DNA of 32,000 nt, taken from Planctopirus limnophila DSM 3776. GTDB lineage: Bacteria > Planctomycetota > Planctomycetia > Planctomycetales > Planctomycetaceae. The notes under the pieces were generated by a model that was not told the DNA's origin, searched no databases, and was given only the letters and a program-made list of their open reading frames with translations. Positions 25,109 to 32,000 of the stretch are shown here, one piece after another. The stretch lies in assembly GCF_000092105.1 (NCBI RefSeq), contig NC_014148.1, positions 4,950,001-4,982,000 on the forward strand, in the 5' to 3' direction. Each line of letters begins with the position of its first letter. Within the stretch, counting starts at the first letter, position 1. The position numbers and the translations under genes were made by a program.

Positions 25109-26908
25109 ATGACAACGCTGGTCTTTGCCATGTTGCTGCTACCAGCTATAGCCGCCGTGTTGATGCTGGTGCTCGATGCCAAAGCCACAGCAGCGCGGGC
25201 ACGGGGTTTTGCTCTGGTGGCAACTGTCGCCACGCTGATTCTTTCGTGGAGTGTGGCCTATCAGTTGCCGGCGACTTCTCAGCAGGCAGGCCCGGTCACC
25301 ACACGCTGGGAATGGCGGCACACCTGGCTGACTTTAGCCAGTCCCGCACCTGCCCCCACTGTCGTCTCTAACGAAGCTCTTTCGCAAAATGTGGTTCGCG
25401 GGCAATCGCCAGAAGAGTCGAAGAATCCAGCGAGCACTTCGAAGCCTCAAGATCCTTCCACAGCCCGCTCTCCGAGTGGCGACTTCATCAATCTCGAATT
25501 TTATCTCGGGCTGGATGGCCTCGGGATGGCGATGATCCTGCTGACCACAGGCCTCTGTGTGTCTGCCATCCTCGTCTCCTGGAGTGAAATTCGAGAGCGA
25601 TCCGCTGAATTCTATGCAGGGATTCTCATTCTCGAAGCCGGTCTGATTGGCGTCTTTCTCGCCTATGACCTCATTCTGTTCTATGCCTTCTTCGAGTTCA
25701 CCCTGCTGCCACTCTTCCTCACCATTGGTGTCTGGGGTGGCCCCAAACGACGTTATGCGGCTGGCAAGTTCTTTATCTACACCCTGGCTGGCAGCCTTGT
25801 CATGCTCCTGGGGCTGGTCTCTCTGGTGGTCGAAACTCAGAGCCTGACAGGCATCTCCACACCATTCTCCATGCCCGATATGGCGCGGGCTCTGCAGGAT
25901 CAGCCTTTGCCTGTCGAGACACAAACCATTCTGTTCCTGCTGATTGCCACCGGCTTCCTGATCAAAGTTCCCATGTTCCCCTTCCACACCTGGTTACCAC
26001 TGGTGCATGTGGAAGCTCCCACGGCTGGATCTGTCGATCTGGCTGGTGTGCTGCTGAAGCTGGGTTGCTACGGCTTTTTGCGAATTGCGATCCCTATGCT
26101 TCCCGACGCCAGTCTCACCGTCGGTCAACCACTGGTGGCGATACTGGCAGTGATCGGCGTGGTCTATGGCTCGCTCTGTGCTTATCACCAGACAGATATC
26201 AAGCGGATGGTGGCCTACAGCTCGATTGCTCACCTCGGGGTCTGCATGCTCGGGTTGTTTGCCCTGAATGCCGAAGGCTTGAGTGGCGGGATCTGCATGA
26301 TGATCAATCATGGTCTGGCGACGGGTGCTCTCTTCTCGCTCGTCGGCATGATTCATGAGCGATATCACACGAGATCGCTGACCGATCTGGGTGGTCTGGC
26401 AAGTCGCATTCCCGTGCTGTCCGCACTTCTTGTTTTCATCTCGTTTGCCAGTATCGGATTGCCCGGCCTCAATGGCTTTATTGGCGAAATCCTCTCACTG
26501 CTGGGGATGTTCCAGGTCAGTGCCGTCTATGCCGTCATTGGCACCACGGGTGTCGTCTTGAGTGCCTGGTATCTGCTGCGAATGGTTCAAGTCGGGTTGT
26601 TCGGTCCACTCCGCGAACCCGCCGGTGATCACTCACATGTATCTGATCTGACAGTTCGCGAAGGTCTGGCAATCTGGCCTCTGGCTCTGGCCTGCCTCGG
26701 ATTAGGACTCTTCCCTCAGACACTGCTCAACCTTATCGAGCCGGATGTCAAAGCCCTCGCCGTGATTTACCAGGAGCCAGATGAGGTCATCGTTCAGAAA
26801 ACAGCTGCTATACAGCCCTCATTCGCCATGACGAGTGCCACATCGATCGTGACGTCTGACCATGCTGTCGAGACAATTTCTTCGATTCAGACAGGAGAGC
26901 GGCGATGA
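25109..26908 (+). CDS. nuoM: NADH-quinone oxidoreductase subunit M
   Basis: ND4-family motifs are present (FPFHTWLPLVHVEAPTAGSVDLAGVLLKLG, MVAYSSIAHLG). A low-complexity P/S-rich insertion lies near the N-terminus. Confidence 0.92.
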   Translation: MTTLVFAMLLLPAIAAVLMLVLDAKATAARARGFALVATVATLILSWSVAYQLPATSQQAGPVTTRWEWRHTWLTLASPAPAPTVVSNEALSQNVVRGQSPEESKNPASTSKPQDPSTARSPSGDFINLEFYLGLDGLGMAMILLTTGLCVSAILVSWSEIRERSAEFYAGILILEAGLIGVFLAYDLILFYAFFEFTLLPLFLTIGVWGGPKRRYAAGKFFIYTLAGSLVMLLGLVSLVVETQSLTGISTPFSMPDMARALQDQPLPVETQTILFLLIATGFLIKVPMFPFHTWLPLVHVEAPTAGSVDLAGVLLKLGCYGFLRIAIPMLPDASLTVGQPLVAILAVIGVVYGSLCAYHQTDIKRMVAYSSIAHLGVCMLGLFALNAEGLSGGICMMINHGLATGALFSLVGMIHERYHTRSLTDLGGLASRIPVLSALLVFISFASIGLPGLNGFIGEILSLLGMFQVSAVYAVIGTTGVVLSAWYLLRMVQVGLFGPLREPAGDHSHVSDLTVREGLAIWPLALACLGLGLFPQTLLNLIEPDVKALAVIYQEPDEVIVQKTAAIQPSFAMTSATSIVTSDHAVETISSIQTGERR

Positions 26909-28413
26909 GCCAGCCAGATGCCGCAATGATTTCTTCAGTGACCAGTGCTGCGGGAAAGGTTATTCCTGAACTGGTGTTGCTGGGGACGGTCTGCATCAAT
27001 TTTCTGGTGGGCCCGTTTCTGGTGACACCCAGTGGTCGCGCTCTTCCAGGGCTCAGGCATCGCTGGGGTGGTATTGCCATCGCAGCGATTTGCACAGCCC
27101 TTTATCTCTGGTGGACAGGCTCAACAGAAGTCGTCACCACCGGGCCTTTTCGCGTCGATAACATTGTCTGGTATGTGCGGGGCGTCATGCTGATTGCCGC
27201 CCTGCTGCTGGTGCTGGTCAACTGGTCTCAGATTGAAGATGGTAAAGCTGCCGAGAGCCATGCCTGCCTGCTGGCCATCACTGCGGGTGTCAACCTCGTG
27301 GCACTGGCCAACGATCTCACCACGTTATTTCTGGCACTCGAACTGATCAGTATTCCGACTTATCTGTTCTTGTTTTTGCCTCGAAAAGATGCTGCTACAC
27401 AGGAGGCGGGTGTCAAATACTTCCTGCTCAGTGTCTTCTCATCAGCCATTATGCTTTATGGCTTCAGCCTGATTTACGGCATGGCCGGAACAACCGATCT
27501 GCCGACCATCCAAACAGCGCTCGCCAACAGTAATCAAACACCAGTGCTGGCCATCCTGGGGATGGTCTTCGTGGTCGCGGGATTGGCCTTCCGTCTGACA
27601 GCCGTCCCCTTCCACTTTTACGCACCCGATGTGTTCCAAGGTTCCGCTGCCAGTGGTGCTGCCCTGCTCTCGTTTGTCCCGAAGCTCGCCGGGTTTATCG
27701 CACTGATTCGCCTGTTGGAACCTGTTGTCGATGCTGCTCCGGGCCTGCTGCTGGCTGATGTCATGCTCCCGATGCTCTGGTGGCTCTCGGTGATCACGAT
27801 GTTTGTCGGGAACTTCCTGGGGATTCTGCAAAACGATCTGCGCCGGATGCTCGCCTATTCGGGTGTTGCTCATGTGGGTTACATGCTGGTTGGTCTCAAT
27901 GTCGGGCATCACACGACATCGGTTCCGGATGGTATTGAAGCCCTGCTCTTTTATCTCGCAGTCTATGGCTTGATGACCATCGGTGCTTTCGCCGTGCTGA
28001 TTGCAGCCGAACGAGATAACAAACCGCTCGAAACGTTGGATCAACTCGCCGGACTCCACCGTGTCAGGCCAGGTCTGGCTCTGATGCTGATGGTCTTCAT
28101 GTTCAGCCTCGCGGGGATGCCTCCAACCGCAGGGTTTCTGGCCAAATTGAATCTCTTCTTTGCGGCCTGGGCACAGGGAGATGTTTCCAATCGCTGGCTG
28201 GCTCTCTTCATGGTCATCAACGCCGCCATGGGTTCGTGGTACTATCTGCGGGTTGTCGGAGCTATGTATCTGCGTGAGCCACTTGACGAGCATCATGGCT
28301 CACACGCGCCGGCCCCCATCATCGCTTCTGTCGCCTGTACGGCTATGGTGATCACACTCTTTTTTGTGCCAACCTGGCTCTGGACCATGGTGCAGACCGT
28401 CCGCAGCAGTTAG
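26905..28413 (+). CDS. nuoN: NADH-quinone oxidoreductase subunit N
   Basis: ATGA overlap with nuoM. ND2-family motifs are present (LELISIPTYLF, AVPFHFYAPDVFQGS, MLAYSGVAHVGYML). Confidence 0.92.
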   Translation: MSQPDAAMISSVTSAAGKVIPELVLLGTVCINFLVGPFLVTPSGRALPGLRHRWGGIAIAAICTALYLWWTGSTEVVTTGPFRVDNIVWYVRGVMLIAALLLVLVNWSQIEDGKAAESHACLLAITAGVNLVALANDLTTLFLALELISIPTYLFLFLPRKDAATQEAGVKYFLLSVFSSAIMLYGFSLIYGMAGTTDLPTIQTALANSNQTPVLAILGMVFVVAGLAFRLTAVPFHFYAPDVFQGSAASGAALLSFVPKLAGFIALIRLLEPVVDAAPGLLLADVMLPMLWWLSVITMFVGNFLGILQNDLRRMLAYSGVAHVGYMLVGLNVGHHTTSVPDGIEALLFYLAVYGLMTIGAFAVLIAAERDNKPLETLDQLAGLHRVRPGLALMLMVFMFSLAGMPPTAGFLAKLNLFFAAWAQGDVSNRWLALFMVINAAMGSWYYLRVVGAMYLREPLDEHHGSHAPAPIIASVACTAMVITLFFVPTWLWTMVQTVRSS

Positions 28414-28491
28414 TTATCACTTTTACCTTGCAGAAGCTTCATAGCGGCTGCAAAAACAGAATACCCCGGTCCTTCAGTTTCGAGACGTAGC

Positions 28492-28803
28492 ATGGCTCCA
28501 CTGGTTCATGTCGTGTACTTCGAGTTGCACGAACCCACTCCTGAGAACACACGCAAGCTGACCGAAGCCTGCCATAAATATCTCAAAGATCACCCGGGTG
28601 TGGTGTACTTTGCCGCTGGCGGCCTGGTGGACGAGCTGGCCAGACCTGTGAACCAGCGCGACTTTCAAGTGGCCCTCTGTGTCGCTTTCGCTACAAAAGC
28701 CGATCACGACGTTTACCAGACCGCCCCCAGCCACCTGCAGTTTATTGAAGAGCACAAACCCACCTGGAAGCGTGTCCGCGTCTTCGATTCCTGGGGTGCG
28801 TAA
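28492..28803 (+). CDS. Dabb (stress-responsive A/B barrel) domain protein
   Basis: 103 aa. VHVVYFELHE at the N-terminus and HDVYQTAPSHLQF fit the Dabb dimeric alpha/beta barrel pattern. It lies 78 nt downstream of nuoN on the same strand. Confidence 0.75.
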   Translation: MAPLVHVVYFELHEPTPENTRKLTEACHKYLKDHPGVVYFAAGGLVDELARPVNQRDFQVALCVAFATKADHDVYQTAPSHLQFIEEHKPTWKRVRVFDSWGA

Positions 28804-28920
28804 AGCGTTTCATTCCTGGGGAGGGTGGTCTGGCCAACTCCGTTGTGTTCCATACAATGACAAGAAGCCGCGCCATGCGTCCGCACTGGAACCCTTGTCC
28901 AGTCTGCCGGGAAGAGGGGA

Positions 28921-28989
28921 AGGCGAGGGTGTTGCTCCTTCTCCCGTTCCGACGGGAGAAGGCCGTGATGAGCGGAACTCGAACGTATT
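28921..28989 (+). repeat. Second copy of the ~70-nt hairpin repeat (hairpin CCTTCTCCCGT-TCCG-ACGGGAGAAGG at 28937-28962)
   Basis: Reverse complement of 10612-10681 at about 64 of 70 aligned positions. It starts 117 nt after the Dabb stop, in the sense orientation relative to the nuo-Dabb unit. Confidence 0.8.
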
Positions 28990-29112
28990 GGGCGTTCTAT
29001 CAGCGAGCAGCCTCTTCGCAGCATGCTCTGGCGGTCTGGCTACTGCCAGACAATTGGCGCTCCTGCGGAAGTCGTGGTGACTTTTGCACATCGCTTGGAA
29101 AGACCCTCACCC

Positions 29113-29162
29113 GGCACTTCGTGCCACCCTTTCCCTCTCCCTCTCCCACGCGGGCGAGGGTT
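29113..29162. repeat. Partial or related repeat module: GGCAC-TTC-GTGCC hairpin, polypyrimidine tract, then ACGCGGGCGAGGGTT
   Basis: 29148-29162 is the reverse complement of 10671-10685 (AACCCTCGCCTGCGT) at 14/15 positions. The CCCTTTCCCTCTCCCTCTCCC tract at 29127-29147 mirrors the purine tract GGGAAGAGGGGAAGG just upstream of copy 2. Confidence 0.55.
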
Positions 29163-29191
29163 CTCGCCGCTTGATGGGATGCAAAAATACT

Positions 29192-30157
29192 TCAGGCGGG
29201 GAGCTGGCTGGCGACCTGTTGTGAGAGTTCGGGAACGACCGAATGTTCCAGGGCCGTACGGCAGATCCGCGACAGGGGGTAGTCGTTACGCACGCCGAGG
29301 CCCAGGGCCTGGTGAGCGGTGTCGACCTTCTGAATGATCTCGGCGAGTTTGAAGGCACTCCACTTGGTTTCGAGCAACACCAGTTGATCGAGACCCGAGT
29401 ACTGCTGCCTGAGACCATCGGGGAGTAATGACGAAATGGCAATGGCAGCTACAGAGGTGCGTCTCAGGATCGGATCTGCCAGGAGTCTCAAGCCTTTGTG
29501 ATGCATGAGAATGCCACAGATCAGATCGTCGGGAAGTTTCCAGCGGGTGGCCAGACCAGCCGCAATCAGTGCGTGATCCCAGCCGAACTCCCGCTGTTCG
29601 TATTCGTCGAGCCCATCGGGTTGTGCCACGCGGTCGCTGGTGAAGGGTGCATAGCGGTCGAAGAGATCATTGGTCAGGACGGGGAGTAGAAAATCCTGCA
29701 TGACGGCTCCGGCGAAGGCACCATCTTCGTCGGCACCTAACAGCCTGGCGACTTCCCGGGCGAAGAGGGCTCGCTGCAGGCTGGTATTCCAGAAGCTCGC
29801 CTGATGGATGAGCTTTGATTTTCGGGAGCGAATCGCTGCCTGAGCACCACTGGTCAGCACGAAAAGTTTACTCTGGCGAAAACCGAGGATCGACAGAGCC
29901 TGGAGGACGGTCCGCACTTTCGTTCGCAGACCAATGAACGACGAGTTGGCATAGCGCAGCAGTTCGACTGTCAAACCAGAGTCGGTCTCGATGATCGAAG
30001 AGAGTTCCCGCATTTCGGTCTGTTCGTCTCGTGAACGATCCAGAAATGCTGCGACCGCATGCGGCAATGCCGGCAATTCGAGAGTGGGAGGCAGAACCGA
30101 CAATTGAAAAGGCCCCATCGCCTTTTCGCGAATTGCGCTCCAGTCAATGTTGGACAT
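29192..30157 (-). CDS. HDOD domain protein (paralogue 2)
   Basis: The ORF is open to 30424. The preferred ATG at 30157 (MSNIDWSAI...) is preceded by GAGAGG 5 nt upstream. An alternative ATG at 30172 forms an ATGA overlap with the upstream stop. HDOD-like blocks include LPALPHAVAAFL, LLRYANSSFIGLRTKVRTVLQALSILG, FGWDHALIAAGL and GILMHHKGL. Confidence 0.75.
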   Translation of the reverse strand: MSNIDWSAIREKAMGPFQLSVLPPTLELPALPHAVAAFLDRSRDEQTEMRELSSIIETDSGLTVELLRYANSSFIGLRTKVRTVLQALSILGFRQSKLFVLTSGAQAAIRSRKSKLIHQASFWNTSLQRALFAREVARLLGADEDGAFAGAVMQDFLLPVLTNDLFDRYAPFTSDRVAQPDGLDEYEQREFGWDHALIAAGLATRWKLPDDLICGILMHHKGLRLLADPILRRTSVAAIAISSLLPDGLRQQYSGLDQLVLLETKWSAFKLAEIIQKVDTAHQALGLGVRNDYPLSRICRTALEHSVVPELSQQVASQLPA

Positions 30158-30168
30158 GTTGACCTCTC

Positions 30169-31119
30169 TCATGGACCGGAACTGGCAGTGGTCAGTTGGC
30201 CTGGAGGACTCGCTGAGACCAGCAGTTTTTCCAATCGTCTGACCAGTGGGAAAGGGTTTTTCAGCCCCTGGCCTAATTCCTGAAATGACTTTTGGACGTT
30301 CTCGGCCATTTCTTGCAGTGATAAGTTCGGGATCATCGCTTCGAGTTCGAGTAACTGCTTCAGTCCATCGGGTGACTGCTTGAGTGGATCGGGGATGAGT
30401 GAGGCACAAGCCACAACTGCACAACTGGTGGATTTCATCTGCGGATGTTTGAGGAGTGTCAGCCCGGCATGATGGAGCAGTACCGAGCAGACGAGGTCGT
30501 CGGGGAAGTTCCAGGAATGCATCATCTGCCCCATGGCGAGTGCATGATCCCAGCCGAAGGCCTTCCGCTCGAACTGGACCAGTGCGGGCCGGGTGGAATC
30601 GGGCAGACTTAAGAAACTCAGATAAGTTTCGAGTAGTTCATTCCCTAAGGCGGGGAGCAGGAAGTCTGTGAGCATCGAAGCGGCAAAAGAAAGTTCGCTA
30701 TCGGCACCCGTCCGGCGACTCAATTCGCGTGCAAAGAGTGCCCGCTCCAGATTACCTGCGGCAAAAACCTGAAAGTTGACCAGTTTGGATTGCGAGGCTT
30801 TGAGGGCTCTTTCAACGCCAAACGAAATCAGGAGCATTTTGACGTTGCGTATGCCCAGGACAGAAAGTGCCTGCTTGGCACCATTGACTCTGGTGCGTAA
30901 ACCCATGGAAGCTGAGTTGGCGTGCTTCAAGAGTTCACACGTCAGTCCGGCATCCGCTTCGACGATTTTCGCGAGCTCGTGAGCTCCCGCATTCGGGTCG
31001 TCGGCCTTGCGATTGAATTCAATCACGGCGGTGGGGAGGACTGGCAGTTTCAGTGATGGCGGCAGAACCACTGGGGGAACTTTCCCAATGAGTGACTGCC
31101 GTAAATCCGTCCAATTCAT
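30169..31119 (-). CDS. HDOD domain protein (paralogue 1)
   Basis: The ORF is open from a TTG at 31131, and the ATG at 31119 gives MNWTDLRQS. It is collinear with paralogue 2 along its full length (roughly 35-40% identity by eye): LPVLPTAVIEF, LLKHANSASMGLRTRVNGAKQALSVLG, FGWDHALAMGQM, SVLLHHAGL. Confidence 0.75.
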   Translation of the reverse strand: MNWTDLRQSLIGKVPPVVLPPSLKLPVLPTAVIEFNRKADDPNAGAHELAKIVEADAGLTCELLKHANSASMGLRTRVNGAKQALSVLGIRNVKMLLISFGVERALKASQSKLVNFQVFAAGNLERALFARELSRRTGADSELSFAASMLTDFLLPALGNELLETYLSFLSLPDSTRPALVQFERKAFGWDHALAMGQMMHSWNFPDDLVCSVLLHHAGLTLLKHPQMKSTSCAVVACASLIPDPLKQSPDGLKQLLELEAMIPNLSLQEMAENVQKSFQELGQGLKNPFPLVRRLEKLLVSASPPGQLTTASSGP

Positions 31120-31311
31120 AGTGACTATCAACGATCAGGAAAAAGAATCCTTTATGGCCACACTGAATGAATAGCTCGCATTCTGTGTCGAAGCCGTCGC
31201 CAGTTGATGTTTCCGAGAGATTTCTGAGTGATTGACTCTCGGGATGGCGTGTGATGCCGATGGTTTTGAAATTCGGGAAGGACGGATTTCCTGTTGGTCC
31301 ATCACGAGGAA

Positions 31312-32000
31312 TCACGGCTGCCTCACGGGACTGGCCGATATGGTCAAATCTCGATGAGTCGATGATTTCTCCGGCGATGACTGGTCTTGAGGAAAGAAGG
31401 CTTCATTGCGGTTGTAGTCGGCGTAGTAGCCCATTTCCTCGCGGTCGCTGGGTTCGACGCCATTGGCAACCACACCCAGAATCGGGATGTGATGTGCCAG
31501 GAGGAGATCGCGCGAACGCCTGAGCATGGGGCGACGGTTTTTCCCTAAGCGGACAGTGAGCAGATAGCCATCGACGTGTTGGCCGATGATGCAGGCATCG
31601 CTCACTGCGAGGACGGGTGGGGCATCGATCAGCACGATATCGGCCAAAGTTCGAGCCTTGGCAATCAACTGACGCAGCGGCCCACCTTCGAGCAGTTCTG
31701 CCGGGTTATGCGGCGGTCTGCCGGAGGGGAGGATGGTTAAGCCTTCGACAACAGTTTCGACAATGGCATTTTCGAGGGCAATTTCTCCCTGGAGAACGTC
31801 GACAAGTCCCGGATCGGGCCTTAAGCCAAACAGTCGAGTGGCCATCGGGCGTCTGAGATCGGCATCGATGAGCAGGACTCGTTTGCCGGAGCTGGCCAGT
31901 GCGAGTGCCAGATTCGAGACGAGCGTGGTCTTTCCGTCGCCTGGCTCGGGACTGCCGACCTGAATCACTTGCGCGTTCAGAGCTTCGGCAGTGACGAGCA
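31312..32000 (-). CDS. Polysaccharide-biosynthesis tyrosine autokinase (BY-kinase, CpsD/CapB/Wzc-type) C-terminal catalytic domain; the 5' end is outside the window
   Basis: The frame stays open to the window edge (..LVTAEALNAQVIQVGSPEPG..). Walker A GSPEPGDGKTT, Walker A' LLIDADLRRP and Walker B IVLIDAPP are present, with a C-terminal Tyr cluster GYYADY. Confidence 0.8.
   Translation of the reverse strand, partial: LVTAEALNAQVIQVGSPEPGDGKTTLVSNLALALASSGKRVLLIDADLRRPMATRLFGLRPDPGLVDVLQGEIALENAIVETVVEGLTILPSGRPPHNPAELLEGGPLRQLIAKARTLADIVLIDAPPVLAVSDACIIGQHVDGYLLTVRLGKNRRPMLRRSRDLLLAHHIPILGVVANGVEPSDREEMGYYADYNRNEAFFPQDQSSPEKSSTHRDLTISASPVRQP

Noticed and set aside
27442-28296. Long antisense ORFs inside the nuo genes: 27442-28296 (284 aa), 16198-16878, 20543-21160, 25334-25987, 12783-13424, 13328-13915 and 16981-17550
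   Set aside because: Each lies fully opposite a CDS with strong family motifs. Their translations are low-complexity and rich in R, G, H, Q and D, with no recognisable motifs. Shadow ORFs like these are expected in GC-biased coding DNA.
10612-28989. The inverted ~70-nt repeats as boundaries of an 18-kb mobile or invertible purQ-nuo segment
   Set aside because: The enclosed genes are core housekeeping genes with no mobility functions. Each repeat's position is better explained as a 3'-end element of its own transcription unit, so the bracketing is most likely coincidental.
28810-29174. 90-133-aa ORFs across intergenic repeats: 28679-29080, 28713-29024, 28810-29091, 28845-29174, 29023-29337, 10480-10719 and 10510-10755
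   Set aside because: They are translations of the hairpin, purine-tract and pyrimidine-tract repeats (peptides such as SPSPVPTGEGRDE and PFPLPLPRGRG). They overlap each other on both strands and lack credible starts or domain features.

Overview
This looks like a largely housekeeping chromosomal region of a moderately GC-rich bacterium. It may be Planctomycetota-like, judged only from gene content, weak Shine-Dalgarno usage and a giant PQQ-type propeller protein; I could not verify this. About half the window (12.2-28.4 kb, + strand) is a complete 14-gene complex I operon, nuoA-N. A Dabb-barrel gene sits at its tail, and a small AT-richer ORF is inserted between nuoE and nuoF. Upstream of the operon are a membrane-embedded histidine kinase and a two-gene envelope cassette (UPF0104/flippase-like protein plus a 736-aa polytopic membrane protein). 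Next come a 1630-aa secreted or anchored double beta-propeller protein and a stand-alone purQ. Downstream, on the minus strand, are two tandem HDOD paralogues and the 3' part of a BY-type tyrosine autokinase that runs off the window. I found no rRNA, tRNA, CRISPR array, transposase, integrase, recognisable defence genes or clearly novel multi-gene system. The most interesting non-coding signal is a family of REP/BIME-like hairpin doublets: two 159-nt elements with compensatory stem changes that bracket the envelope cassette in inverted orientation. A second ~70-nt hairpin repeat sits at the 3' ends of two transcription units. Also notable are lineage-specific extensions or insertions in NuoB, K, L and M, and perfect in-frame tandem duplications in the giant gene. 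All calls come from reading motifs by eye; no database searches or computations were run.
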